Made by a program: the position numbers and the translations under genes. From an uncultured Nitrososphaeraceae archaeon (lineage in GTDB: Archaea; Thermoproteota; Nitrososphaeria; Nitrososphaerales; Nitrososphaeraceae): a DNA stretch of 64,000 bases. Location: contig CAVSMN010000009.1 of assembly GCA_963729045.1 (NCBI GenBank), positions 1 through 64,000 on the forward strand. The letters run 5' to 3'. The notes beneath the pieces were generated by a model. That model was not told where the DNA came from. It did no database searches and was given only the letters and a program-made list of their open reading frames with translations. Shown piece by piece: positions 51,922 to 63,053 of this stretch (positions are counted from its first letter, which is position 1; every line of letters starts with the position of its first letter).

Positions 51922-53151
51922 TTATTTATTTTCATAAGCCACCTCCTGGTGATACGAAATATCCAGGCCCAAGTCCTCTTCTTCTTCCTTAGCTCTAATC
52001 CCTATAGTATAGTCTAGAATCTTTAAGATTACAAATGTTCCAACAAATCCCATTAGAGCACCAACTCCAACCCCTAAAGCCTGGATTGGTAACTGCATTG
52101 GATTTCCATATAGCCAACCGTTTGGACCAATTGGATTAATTGCCTGCGTCGCAAATAGACCTATCCACAAGCTGCCAATTATTCCAGTAATTCCGTGAAC
52201 AGAGCTTACATCCAAAACATCATCAATCTTTAATCTCTCCTTTATCAATACAATTCCGTAATAGGATGCCAAGCCCAATACTATACCTAAAATGAATGCC
52301 CATTGACCTGTAATGAAACCAGCCGTTGGAGTTATTCCAGCCAACCCAGAAATTGCACCATTTATTGCTGCGCTAACGGTAGGCTTTCCAGTCCTCTTCC
52401 AACTTAGTAGTATCCAAACAAGTGCACAAGTACATGCTCCTATTTGTGTGGCAAGTAGGGCACTTGCAGCAAGGGCTCCTGATGCTAGAGCACTACCGGC
52501 GTTGAAACCAAACCACCCTAGCCACAGAAGAGTAGCTCCTATAGCCGCAAGCGGAAGATTATGAGGCACCATAATTTCTGGACCAAATCCTTTTCGTCTA
52601 CCCAAGACCAAAGCCGACGCTAGCGCCGCCATACCCGCACTTGTGTGGATAACGATACCTCCTGCAAAATCAAAGACGCCTATCTTTGCCAGCCAACCGC
52701 CACCCCATATCCAATGGGCGAGCGGGTAGTAAATTACAAGGCTCCATACTATTATGAAAATGAAAAAAGCGTTCCATTTCATACGTTCTGCAAAAGCGCC
52801 AGTAATCAGTAGAGGAGTAATGACTGCGAACATCATTTGATAGGTAGCAAAGTTAACTCCAGGTATTGTGGGGGCCCAAACAACCGAATCGTTATATGGT
52901 ACATTGTTAAAGAAAAACCACTGAAGGTCCCCTATAATTCCATTAACGTCCGGTGCAAACACTAACGTGAAGCCTACTATGAACCAAAGGGTTGATAGTA
53001 ACGCCATTCCCGTCATAGTTTGCATAATAACGGACAAAGAATTTTTTAATCTGATTAACCCTGCTTCAAAAAAACCCAGAGCAGGAGTCATCAAAAATAC
53101 TAATCCAGTGGAGATTAACATCCACGTCGTATCACCAGTATCTATTGCCAA
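51922..53151 (-). CDS. amt: Ammonium transporter
   Basis: DTTWML, GAFAER, DFAGGIVIH, GWFGFNAGS, IDD..VHG. Confidence 0.97.
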   Translation of the reverse strand: MAIDTGDTTWMLISTGLVFLMTPALGFFEAGLIRLKNSLSVIMQTMTGMALLSTLWFIVGFTLVFAPDVNGIIGDLQWFFFNNVPYNDSVVWAPTIPGVNFATYQMMFAVITPLLITGAFAERMKWNAFFIFIIVWSLVIYYPLAHWIWGGGWLAKIGVFDFAGGIVIHTSAGMAALASALVLGRRKGFGPEIMVPHNLPLAAIGATLLWLGWFGFNAGSALASGALAASALLATQIGACTCALVWILLSWKRTGKPTVSAAINGAISGLAGITPTAGFITGQWAFILGIVLGLASYYGIVLIKERLKIDDVLDVSSVHGITGIIGSLWIGLFATQAINPIGPNGWLYGNPMQLPIQALGVGVGALMGFVGTFVILKILDYTIGIRAKEEEEDLGLDISYHQEVAYENK

Positions 53152-53515
53152 CGGTCACAAAAGGTTTATAGTAGATTATAAAGTTTTTCCTTTTTTGCTT
53201 AAAAATTTCAATCAAAATGAATAGATTAATAAAATTATCATAAAATTTTGATTTTTTGATTAACAGATTTTAAAACATACAATTATTAAGGTTTATAATT
53301 TTGATTCCTTCGAATGTGTAGAAAATTATGCTGATTTATTCTATATAGGGATTGGTTGCCAAAGTAGAAGTTAGAATTAAGGAAAAAATTTTGCAATTGT
53401 AGTAACTCTCATTTCAGTCACTTAGGATAATGAAAAATTAATCGGAGAACAGTATCTGATTTTAAGTATCTCTATCTCTAAGAACAAAAAAATGATAAAT
53501 TATCTTTCTTTTTGT

Positions 53516-53854
53516 TTACTTATTGAAATTTAAGAAATTTTCCCAAAAATTCTTGAATTCCAGTTTCTTTGTTTCAAAGCTTCCCTTATCTGTCAATTGA
53601 GATTGAGGTTCAAAGCTTCCCTTATCTGTCAATTGAGATTGAGTGGTATTAGCTGTGGAATTTTCAGACAAACCTGTATGACAGGATTGACCATTGTTAC
53701 AGGTAGTTACAACACAGGTATCGTTTCTACAATTTTTTTCGTAATATGTAGAACTACTACTATTGCTATTAAGCGAATATCCATAAGGAACTTGAACTAC
53801 GGAAAACCCAATAACTAATATTAGCATAAAAATAAGATAGGCATTCATTAACAA
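53516..53854 (-). CDS. Small secreted Cys-containing protein with 36-bp internal duplication (53573-53643)
   Basis: Signal peptide, CRNDTC..C..C, QSQLTDKGSFE x2. Confidence 0.65.
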   Translation of the reverse strand: MLMNAYLIFMLILVIGFSVVQVPYGYSLNSNSSSSTYYEKNCRNDTCVVTTCNNGQSCHTGLSENSTANTTQSQLTDKGSFEPQSQLTDKGSFETKKLEFKNFWENFLNFNK

Positions 53855-53972
53855 AAATTACTGTTCATCGCATTTTTAAATTTTGATGCAATCTAAAAGA
53901 TGATTACTTACTAAATATCAACAATAAGAAATCAAAAAAAATATTATACATAAAATATCACTGAAATAAAAT

Positions 53973-55001
53973 ATGAAAGCCCTTTTCTTTAATAAGCCAG
54001 GCATTGAAAATTTGATCTTTGGTGATTACCAATTACCAGATATGAGAGAAAATGAAGTCTTGGTAGAAACTAAGTGTATTAGTGTCAACCCCATTGACTA
54101 TTATACTATAACCGGAATACACGGAGTAAACGGCCCAGCAATGAAAATAAATCCGTATCCTCATATAGCCGGCTCTGAAATATCGGGGATTGTAAAAAGC
54201 AAAGGCGAGAGAGTAAATAATACAATTAAAGAAGGTGATCGAGTTATAATATATAATAGAGTATTTGACGGAATTTGTAAATATTGTATAAATAATCATC
54301 AAATGCTTTGTGAAAATGGCGGAATGGTAGGTATTTCAAGAAACGGCGGATTTGCAGAATATATTACAGTTCCTCAACAAAATATCATAAAAATTCCCGA
54401 CGAACTAGATTGGGAACTTGCCTCTGGTTTGCCAATAGCCGGCTTAACAGCTTTCAATGCAATACAAGAATCAACACTCAAATCAAAAGATAATCTTGTG
54501 ATATTTGGTGGTTCTGGCAATACCGGCCTTTTTTGTTCCCAATTTGGTAAGATTCTTGATGCGATAACAATATCACTTTCTACTAAACCATGGATTAAGG
54601 AATATGGCGCGGACTACGTTTTACCAATTGACGAGAACCTCAGAGAAAAAATATCAGAGATTACCAATGGAGCCATGGCTGATGTTGTCATAAATTCACT
54701 TGGAGAAAAGACGTGGGCCAAAGGAATGGAGATAGTTGGAAAACTAGGAAAAATAATTACATTTGGTGTACTTACTGGCGGTAACTTATTCATAGATGGC
54801 AGACTATTGTATAATAAACAAATTACAATTAAAGGTACTACTGGAGGATCTGTTGAAGGTTTACTAAACCTTGTAGAAATGGCAAAAGGGCAAGACATTA
54901 GAACCAGAATTTGGAAAAGATATTCTCTTGAGGATTCAAGAATGGCGATAGAAAAGGTTTTTGACAAAAACAAAGAAGGTAGAATCATTATTGAAAACTA
55001 A
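53973..55001 (+). CDS. Zn-binding medium-chain dehydrogenase/reductase
   Basis: SVNPID, GSEISG, GGFAEY, GGSGNTG. Confidence 0.92.
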   Translation: MKALFFNKPGIENLIFGDYQLPDMRENEVLVETKCISVNPIDYYTITGIHGVNGPAMKINPYPHIAGSEISGIVKSKGERVNNTIKEGDRVIIYNRVFDGICKYCINNHQMLCENGGMVGISRNGGFAEYITVPQQNIIKIPDELDWELASGLPIAGLTAFNAIQESTLKSKDNLVIFGGSGNTGLFCSQFGKILDAITISLSTKPWIKEYGADYVLPIDENLREKISEITNGAMADVVINSLGEKTWAKGMEIVGKLGKIITFGVLTGGNLFIDGRLLYNKQITIKGTTGGSVEGLLNLVEMAKGQDIRTRIWKRYSLEDSRMAIEKVFDKNKEGRIIIEN

Positions 55002-55152
55002 CGAATTTCAGTTATGAATCTTCACTAGTAATATAGTATTTAATGAATATTATACAAAGTAATATCATATTACATAATTGAAATCATAATGATACATTCT
55101 AAATTACTAACTAAGGTATTACTTTTATAATAAGAAAAATTATTGATAGTAT

Positions 55153-55464
55153 ATGAATAATCTAGGCAAGTTATCCGTTGTAATGATAGCTATTTTCGTA
55201 GCAGGTAATTCCATATATCCAGTTAGTCAGCTGGTAAACGCACAATTGGATATTTTAGAGACACCTACAAATCCAAATAACACCTCAACAACAACAACAA
55301 CGACAGCAACTGCAAAAGCCGTGGACACTGATAAAAATGCAAAGATAAAAGAAGCATTAGCTAACATATTTGAAATATATCAAGCTCTCGCAGGAAAGGG
55401 TGATGTAGATTCTTTGCTAAAGCTAAATACCATAGAGAGGATATTGATAGAGTTATCGAGATAA
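55153..55464 (+). CDS. Small secreted hypothetical protein
   Basis: Signal peptide (VNA), Thr-rich linker. Confidence 0.7.
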   Translation: MNNLGKLSVVMIAIFVAGNSIYPVSQLVNAQLDILETPTNPNNTSTTTTTTATAKAVDTDKNAKIKEALANIFEIYQALAGKGDVDSLLKLNTIERILIELSR

Positions 55465-55551
55465 ATATAATATAATAACTTTAATTTTTTTTTTGTTTTA
55501 ATTTAATAATAATTTTTCGGTTTTATATAAGTAATTAAAAAAAAGAGTGGT

Positions 55552-56800
55552 TTATGTTGTTGTTGTGTTTTGACCTGTAGTTGTAGTGTTTTCACCGTTC
55601 CATGCTAATGGAGTACCAAGCATGTATGGTTTTACATTCACTGGAATGCTGTTTGCACCAGTTGGTGGAATTGCATTTGATGGGTTTGCATCATCAGTCA
55701 AGCCTAATAAGTTGCTTGTACCATTGTCTGGACCATCAACTACAATTAATCCTGCTTGACCTTTGAACAATTGTGAGTAGTCATGGTTTACAAAAGCGTA
55801 AACTCCTGGTTGGTCAAATACTACATCAACAATTGCATCATTAGATCCACCTACTGTGTATGTTTGTTTACCAATTCCGCTAACTATGCTACCATCAGTG
55901 ACTCTGTCAAGTATTTCACCTACAATGTGGAAGTTGGTTGGAAGGTCACCGTGATTAAGTAAGAAGAATCTTACGTGGTCGCCTTGTTTAAAGAACAATG
56001 TTGTTGCATTTGGTGTCTTGGTAATTACTGGATCATATCCAAATGGGATACCATTTATCCATGAAGCAGTTGGAGCATGTGCGAACATTGCTGCGGCATC
56101 ATATTGGCCAGATGGGTCTAGATAGTATTCTGAGAATTGGAATGCAACTTCTTTAGCATCTGGAGATACGTCTGCTGTTGTTAGTGCATTAGTACCATTC
56201 TCTATAGCCTACACCTTCATAACCTGTATAACCATCTACTGGATCAACAATCACAATACCAACCATTCCTTGGAATACGTGTTGGTCCATTGCCAAATAC
56301 AGCATTTCCTTCACAGTGATATTTGAAGACTCCTGGTTGACTTGCAACAAAGGTATATTGCTTTGAATCGCTTACATTAATTGGACCAAAGTTTGGAACT
56401 GCACTTATTGTGGATGCATGATGATCCAAGCTGTGAATCAATGTATTATTTGGATGGTTAATGATATTAACATTCAAAATATCACCTTGAGTTACATCGA
56501 ATAGTTGGTCCTGGGATAGTGACCATTCCATGTTAATGCGGCTACACTTTGACCACTTGGTAATGTGAGATTTTTCTCAATAGCAACAAATGTTACATTT
56601 TTCACTGGTGCTTCACTTTCAGATGCCTCTTCAGTAGAGATCGGTGTGAAAGCTCCGCCCATAACTAAATTCATATTGGCTAATGTTAATTGACCTTGTT
56701 CACTTGATATTGCAAGTGATTTCATGTTTATGCCAGGAAGTAAAATTAATCCGGACATTAGAACAGCTGACAAAGCAAAAATTGCTAGTTTACTCTTCAT
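55552..56800 (-). CDS. nirK: Copper-containing nitrite reductase (NirK-type), split by four apparent +1 insertions (about 56521, 56497, 56293, 56209)
   Basis: Reconstructed WNGTIPGPTIRVTQGD, HSLDHH, YHC..MDQHVFQGM, FHIVGE, FVNHD: full type-1/type-2 Cu ligand set plus catalytic Asp and His. Confidence 0.88.
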
Positions 56801-57502
56801 TGAGCTAAATTAGATAGAAGATATTTTTAAACCTTTTGGACATAAGAATTATATAGAAAAATGTATCATTTCCAAAATTTTTATAAATATTTTCAACTAT
56901 TGTAAATAATTCAAAATATCCCTCAAAGAAATAAAATATTGAACAGTTATTAAACATATCAAATATTTTTTATATTTTATAGATTAATTTGAATAAACTT
57001 AGGTATTTCTGGGAGATATATGTCAATTTAGTGTATAAAGGATAGTCGATCAAGGATAATTTCCCATATAAAAGGAGATAACCAGTTCATTCGATTTATT
57101 TCAGATGCTAGAGTTTTCAATAATAATTAATAAAATGTGGATAATTTTGCCTATGAATGAGGTTTGAATTAACTTCTCACAGGGAAGGGCATTATCTAAA
57201 ATATGACGAATATTTCATAATCAATTTCGCATTTAAGTTATAATTGAACAAATTTCTACTCAATTGTGACATAAATAGCTATAGACAGTATACGTAGGTT
57301 ATCCAAGATGTGAGGATGTTACCTAAAACCTTGGTGACGATGTAAAGACTCCGTCAGTTCCAAAAAAATCGCCACCTTATAGAGCAGTATATTGTGACCT
57401 TCTCAGAGAATATGAAGTCAGGTTTTGGATACCACACATATGCATCGGGAAAGACGTATCAAAATAAGTTGAATTTAGCAAAATAATGTGATTTTACATC
57501 TT

Positions 57503-57955
57503 TTAGTCTATTGGATCTTTATTTTCTTTAACCTTTTCCTCTAAATAATCCGGCAACTGCATAATTGGAATATTCAAATATTCAGCAATAGAGCATACTT
57601 GGTATATTTGAAATAGAAATTCTTTTGGATCAATTTCTTCCTTAAAGCAGTGTATAGCCATATTTTCAAGAAATGAGTCCGCTTGTATTTCGGTTAATTT
57701 CAGACCATTTAGTCTATTCTTTAGCCTTATTGATGAAGCGAATCGAGTCAGATCAAGATTGTTCTTTTTCAACAAAACTGCAACAGTCCTCAGCAGGTCC
57801 ATATCTTTTATGCTTTCTCTTTTAGCTTGGACAATAATGTTTGAGACGCTACCATAGCTTATTTCAAGTTCATCTGCAATAATATTACGAGGCTTGGCCT
57901 CAAGCCATGCACTTATTACTCTTTTCTTGATAGCGGATGGAACCTTTTGACCCAT
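57503..57955 (-). CDS. N-terminal HTH protein of a Nitrososphaeraceae multi-copy family, probably truncated
   Basis: VISAWLE..RNIIADELEISYGSVSNII..DLLRTVAVLLKK. Confidence 0.7.
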   Translation of the reverse strand: MGQKVPSAIKKRVISAWLEAKPRNIIADELEISYGSVSNIIVQAKRESIKDMDLLRTVAVLLKKNNLDLTRFASSIRLKNRLNGLKLTEIQADSFLENMAIHCFKEEIDPKEFLFQIYQVCSIAEYLNIPIMQLPDYLEEKVKENKDPID

Positions 57956-58037
57956 TTGTAATACTAATCTATAAATATTCACATATAATTAAAGAACTCC
58001 ATTACAGCACGAAATACGATAAGAGCAAAATCAGGGT

Positions 58038-58120
58038 ATTTGACCATCATTTGACCATCATTTGACCATCATTTGACCATCATTTGACCATCATTTGACA
58101 CAATCATTTGACCATCATTT
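58038..58120. repeat. Non-coding 11-bp tandem array ATTTGACCATC x7 (sixth unit 13 bp)
   Basis: Read directly from the sequence. Confidence 0.95.
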
Positions 58121-58207
58121 CAAGGAATAAGAAAATAAAGTCAAGAATTATTTATTCACAACTCAGAGACTAGTGACACTAATAACCAACGATTGTACGT
58201 TATACTT

Positions 58208-58978
58208 TTAAGATAATTTATTTTTTAATAAATACTTGTGAATCAAAGACCCGTATTGGATAGCTTTCTTAGGATGCATGGCTGCTTCTTTTGGAACACC
58301 TATTCTCATTGCAACCTCTCGCAAAATATGCTTTCTTAACAAATCATCTTGGCCCTTTATTTTATATTCCAAAGGGATAGTTTTTGCATATTCAATAAAT
58401 GCTCTTGATAGAAATGGTTGGTATGATCTAATATTCAGTTCTGCTATCACATTGGAAATTTCTCTCATCATGTGATCTTCATTGGCTAATTTTTCTTCCA
58501 TGTAAGTGGTTACTGAGTCTTCACCATTTTGATAATATGATCTATATCGATCATAGCCACAAAATAACTCATCAAAACCATTGGCGGTTAGGAAAGAATC
58601 TCCTAATTCATGATGTTTTATGATTTTACTAATCTGATAAAAAGCAATACAGTTTTCAATGTGTGAAAGAATGTTACAAGATATTTTTGATTTTACAGAC
58701 TTAATGTCATCTAGGATGTCTCCCTCCTTAATTTCATAAGCTATGTGATTCATAGACAAAGAGAGAGAATTGGAAATAGATTTAGAAAATACAAGGTCAT
58801 GGGAATTGGCAAAACCAATTGTTACTAGGTAGACTTGTTTATCCAGATCTTTACAAATTTTTGCCAATAAAGAACTATCAACCCCTCCAGAAAATGCAAT
58901 TACAATCTTATCAGAATTTTTTATGAACTTTTCTACCGTAGAATACAAATATTGGGTTAATTCGTCGGATATGAGCAC
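58208..58978 (-). CDS. Asparagine synthase C-terminal (ATP pyrophosphatase) domain protein without glutaminase domain
   Basis: AFSGGVDS, NGFDELFCGY, PFL, RKHILRE, KKAIQYGS; likely GTG start at 58978. Confidence 0.85.
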   Translation of the reverse strand: MLISDELTQYLYSTVEKFIKNSDKIVIAFSGGVDSSLLAKICKDLDKQVYLVTIGFANSHDLVFSKSISNSLSLSMNHIAYEIKEGDILDDIKSVKSKISCNILSHIENCIAFYQISKIIKHHELGDSFLTANGFDELFCGYDRYRSYYQNGEDSVTTYMEEKLANEDHMMREISNVIAELNIRSYQPFLSRAFIEYAKTIPLEYKIKGQDDLLRKHILREVAMRIGVPKEAAMHPKKAIQYGSLIHKYLLKNKLS

Positions 58979-59048
58979 TTTTACGTTTGGGTTACCTTTG
59001 AATATATTTGTAATAATTATAATAGAGAGAAAATAAATAAAAATAGAT

Positions 59049-59834
59049 TTGGATAAAGATCTGAAATACATAGGTCAAAGCAAAAACTTAATCAAGAATA
59101 GAACAGGCTATTCAATCTCAAAACTATTGGACTTTCTAGAAATAGAATATAATTACGATAATGTTTTAAATGATTCAAAATTAAGTATAGATTTTAAAAT
59201 TGGAGATAAGTTCATTAAAATAATTGAAAACGATACCGACATGAATGAATTCAAAATCATTCAAGAGAAATTCCCATTTGTAGATATGATTGCGATAGGA
59301 AGATCATCTTACCTAGGCAAAATAAATGAGATGCAGAACATCTTCCTGTTTGACAAAGAAAGTAAACAAGTTGGTTCCATATTTATCGAAGACCCATCAT
59401 TATCCTTTGATTATGCTCACATTTTACCGCTGGTCGAAAAGTGTTCAATAATTCATGGTCATACATCTACTGTCATGGTAGAAATCATCGGGGAAATGAA
59501 GAATAACCTAGTGATCGACTTCTCAGAGGCTAAAAAATTAATAAAAGAAGCTTTATATCAAATCGATCATAAATTTTTTATTAATAGAAAATATCTAAAG
59601 AAGGAAGATAAAGATCACTTTTTTATTGAATTTGATGGTCCAAAAGGATATTTTGATTTAAAAGTTCCAAAATATACAACTTATCTTTTAGAAGGCGAGG
59701 CGACTGTGGAAAATCTTTCCACAGAAATAATAAGAATGCTAGCAGATAAAATGCCTGAGAATGTGCAGGCACTTGGTGTATATATATACGAGGGAGTCAA
59801 TAAAGGTGCTCATATTCTTTCTTATATCCGGTAA
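59049..59834 (+). CDS. queD: QueD/PTPS (6-carboxytetrahydropterin synthase) with N-terminal extra domain
   Basis: FDYAH, C..IHGH, VIDF, DH, TVENL, YEG. Confidence 0.85.
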   Translation: MDKDLKYIGQSKNLIKNRTGYSISKLLDFLEIEYNYDNVLNDSKLSIDFKIGDKFIKIIENDTDMNEFKIIQEKFPFVDMIAIGRSSYLGKINEMQNIFLFDKESKQVGSIFIEDPSLSFDYAHILPLVEKCSIIHGHTSTVMVEIIGEMKNNLVIDFSEAKKLIKEALYQIDHKFFINRKYLKKEDKDHFFIEFDGPKGYFDLKVPKYTTYLLEGEATVENLSTEIIRMLADKMPENVQALGVYIYEGVNKGAHILSYIR

Positions 59835-60003
59835 ACCTAATATTGAATAAAATTCTGACACTTTCATTTCAATAGAACTATATTCTAAAATTATTCAAGA
59901 TTCGAACTACGTCTAAAATTCTATTTAGAAGGGTACAGAACTTTCATTGAGACATCTAGGAAGGTTAATAACTAATTAATAAATGAGTATTACAAATTAA
60001 AAA

Positions 60004-62376
60004 TTGAGTTCAAAGATTACAGAAAAGATATGGTCGTCAGATATTGAGAGAAAGATCATAGAAGAATGGAAAGCTAATAATGTTTATGACAACGTTGAAA
60101 CTAATCAGAGTAAAGATGAATATTTTGTAATAGATACACCCCCTCCCTATCCATCAGGAAGACCGTGGCATATTGGTGCAGCTGCTCACTATTCGCAAAT
60201 TGATATGATATCAAGAGTTGCCCGCTTAAAGGGCTTTAAAGTTATTTTTCCGATTGGCGTGGATCGTAATGGCATTCCTGTGGAAATTCATACAGAAAAA
60301 AAATACAAGATCAGAATGAGAAATACAGAAAGGAAAGAATTTTTGAAGTTATGTAAGCTAACTCTTGACGATACTGAAAGTGAATTTATAGAAATTCTCC
60401 AAAGCCTGGGTTTAAGTGCGAATTTTAAACAGAAATACCAGACTGATTCTCCGGATTTCAGAGCTTTTACTCAGTCAACATTCATTGAAATGTGGAACAA
60501 GGGATTAGTATATCTTGGAAATAGACCAAACAACTACTGCATTGATTGTGGTACCACAATAGCAGATGCAGAAATCACATATGAAGATATTGAGACTAAA
60601 TTAGTTTACATAAAATTTTTCTTAGAGAATAGTAATGAATTCATCGTTATTGCCACTACCAGACCAGAACTCCTATTTGCATGTCAAGTGGTAATTGTGA
60701 ATCCAGATGATGAGAGATATATAGAAATGCAAGGAAAGACTTTGAGAATTCCGATCTTTAATAGAGAAGTGAAAATAAGACCACATCACTCTGCTAACAA
60801 AGACTTTGGATCTGGAGCAGTTATGATTTGTAGTTATGGTGACCTAAAGGATGTTCAATTATTCAGAGAATTGGGTCTGATGGAAATTAGATCTATCGAT
60901 TTGAATGGAAAAACAACAGAATTTGCAGGGATGTTTTCCAATTTACGTATAAAGGAAGCAAGAAGTAAAATAATAGACGAGCTAGAAAAGCAAGGATTAG
61001 TAGAAAAGATTGAAATTATTTCCCATAGAACTCCCCTTTGTGAAAGAAGTAAAACCCAGATTGAAATTATTTCTTTGGAAGATTATTATCTAAAACAAGT
61101 TGATTTTAAGTCGAATTTGTTAGAACAATCCAAAGATATAAGATTTTATCCAGAAATGCATAGACAAATCCTATTAAATTGGATAAATTCAATTGCCATA
61201 GACTGGCCTATCTCGAGAAGAAGATTTTATGGAACTGAAATTCCGATATGGTATTGTACAAAATGTAAAAAACCAAACCTTCCTGAACCTGGAAAATATT
61301 ATAGACCCTGGGATGAAACCCCACCATTTGATAAATGCATATCGTGTAATAATGACAAGTTTGAAGGAGAGAAGAAGATTTTTGACACATGGATGGATTC
61401 GAGCATAACCCCTCTTTATATTACGAAATTTTACAAAAATAGAGAAATTTTTAATAAAATTTACCCTGTCTCCATTAGACCTCAAGGAAAAGACATTGTA
61501 AGGACGTGGCTTTACTATACTCTTTTAAGATGCTTGTACCTTACGAACCAAATTCCATGGCAGAGTGCGTGGATAATGGGATATGGAGTTGATGAAAAAG
61601 GGGAGAAAATGAGTAAAAGTAAAGGAAACGTAATTGACCCTCTCCCTATAATTAAAAAATATGGTGCCGATGCATTTAGGTTTTGGTCTGCAAGTGAGAC
61701 AAATGTTGGGTATGATTTTAGATGCTCGGAGCAAAAAATACAAAGTGCGCAAAAATTCTTATCAAAATTGTGGAATATTGGAAGATTCATCTCTAATTTT
61801 GAAATAATTGATGAAAATAATAAACCTCAAGAGCTAAAAGCAACTGATAAATGGATTTTATCAGAACTTGCAAGCATGACCAAAAAATGTCTTGAAGGTT
61901 ATGAAGAATTGAATTTTTTTATCCCCGCTAATGCATTGAGAGAGTTTACATGGAATATTTTTGCCGCCCATTATATTGAAATGATAAAAAGTAGAGCATA
62001 CAACGATGAATCAGAAGAAGAAAGGAAATCAGCTCTATATACAATTCATAAATGTTTTAGAACCATATTGCTTTTGTTAGAACCGATTTCTCCATTCATT
62101 ACATATGAGCTGTGGAAGAAAATCTATGAGGACGGAGAGATGGTTTCAGAGCAAAAAAAAATTCCCTCTGTGGAGAAAGAATATGATGCATTTATTTCAT
62201 CCACACAACACATTATCAAATTCAATTCAGAAATATGGAATAAGAAAAAGGAAACCATTTCTAGTGTTACAAATAAGCCGCTTTCCTTAAAAGACCCTAT
62301 AAAAACACAGATACCCAGCGAACTAGAGTTATTTAAGGATGATTTGATAATGATGCACAATATTATAGTAGAGTAA
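60004..62376 (+). CDS. valS: Valine--tRNA ligase
   Basis: DTPPPYPSG, HIGA (HIGH-like), ATTRPE, DWPISR, DTWMDS, KMSKS. Confidence 0.95.
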   Translation: MSSKITEKIWSSDIERKIIEEWKANNVYDNVETNQSKDEYFVIDTPPPYPSGRPWHIGAAAHYSQIDMISRVARLKGFKVIFPIGVDRNGIPVEIHTEKKYKIRMRNTERKEFLKLCKLTLDDTESEFIEILQSLGLSANFKQKYQTDSPDFRAFTQSTFIEMWNKGLVYLGNRPNNYCIDCGTTIADAEITYEDIETKLVYIKFFLENSNEFIVIATTRPELLFACQVVIVNPDDERYIEMQGKTLRIPIFNREVKIRPHHSANKDFGSGAVMICSYGDLKDVQLFRELGLMEIRSIDLNGKTTEFAGMFSNLRIKEARSKIIDELEKQGLVEKIEIISHRTPLCERSKTQIEIISLEDYYLKQVDFKSNLLEQSKDIRFYPEMHRQILLNWINSIAIDWPISRRRFYGTEIPIWYCTKCKKPNLPEPGKYYRPWDETPPFDKCISCNNDKFEGEKKIFDTWMDSSITPLYITKFYKNREIFNKIYPVSIRPQGKDIVRTWLYYTLLRCLYLTNQIPWQSAWIMGYGVDEKGEKMSKSKGNVIDPLPIIKKYGADAFRFWSASETNVGYDFRCSEQKIQSAQKFLSKLWNIGRFISNFEIIDENNKPQELKATDKWILSELASMTKKCLEGYEELNFFIPANALREFTWNIFAAHYIEMIKSRAYNDESEEERKSALYTIHKCFRTILLLLEPISPFITYELWKKIYEDGEMVSEQKKIPSVEKEYDAFISSTQHIIKFNSEIWNKKKETISSVTNKPLSLKDPIKTQIPSELELFKDDLIMMHNIIVE

Positions 62377-62414
62377 GAAATTTCTAAAAAAGAAGGTAAA
62401 TAGGCTATTGAGTG

Positions 62415-62783
62415 TTAAGCCTTATTTCCACTAACTATATCCAGAATATCTTCTGCCAAATCAATTACGTTTTGAGACTCTAGGTTAGGCTCTAAAGTAA
62501 TCAACAACATTTTCTTATCTAAATAAAACGTTAGCAGTGATAACTTCTCACGTTCTACATATACAAAACGAGCTCTACCCATAGTATCGTCAAACCTTTC
62601 TCTCATAGACTTTCTAAGGGCAGTATGAGTCAAATACAATTCTTCGCTTGGTTGATCAACAATAGAATCAATTCCGTGACGCATTCCACCAACTATCAAA
62701 GAGCCGGTTTCATCAATTAATCCAGCATAGCGGATACCCTCATTTAGCTCAAAAATAGTATCAATTATTTTTTGGTAGTCCAT
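62415..62783 (-). CDS. Thaumarchaeal roadblock/profilin-like small protein
   Basis: IRYAGLID..GGMR..YVEREK. Confidence 0.75.
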   Translation of the reverse strand: MDYQKIIDTIFELNEGIRYAGLIDETGSLIVGGMRHGIDSIVDQPSEELYLTHTALRKSMRERFDDTMGRARFVYVEREKLSLLTFYLDKKMLLITLEPNLESQNVIDLAEDILDIVSGNKA

Positions 62784-63053
62784 AAATAAATAGAATAGTC
62801 ACTATTTATTGAATGTTAAGATTATCTTCATGTTTATTTCAATATAATCCAAAAAACATTTTTATTCGAATGTATAGAAATAGTAAAAACTTTGTAATTA
62901 TGAAGATCTTATTATAAGTAAATCTTCTTAATCGTATTAACCTATAACGTATAAACGACATAACTTTTTAATAATTTTTTTGTTAATTAACATATGAGGA
63001 ACAAAAGTATAGAAGAAAGGTATAGAAGAGAAACAGAGGCAAGAAAAGAAGCA

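Noticed and set aside
56200..56530. Programmed frameshifting or phase variation in nirK
   Set aside because: Four independent insertions without slippery sites, and the same pattern occurs across unrelated genes
58038..58120. CRISPR array
   Set aside because: 11-bp units are contiguous with no spacers, and there are no cas genes
58979..59071. True overlap between the asparagine-synthase-like gene and queD
   Set aside because: The extension is AT-rich promoter DNA; the likely start is GTG 58978
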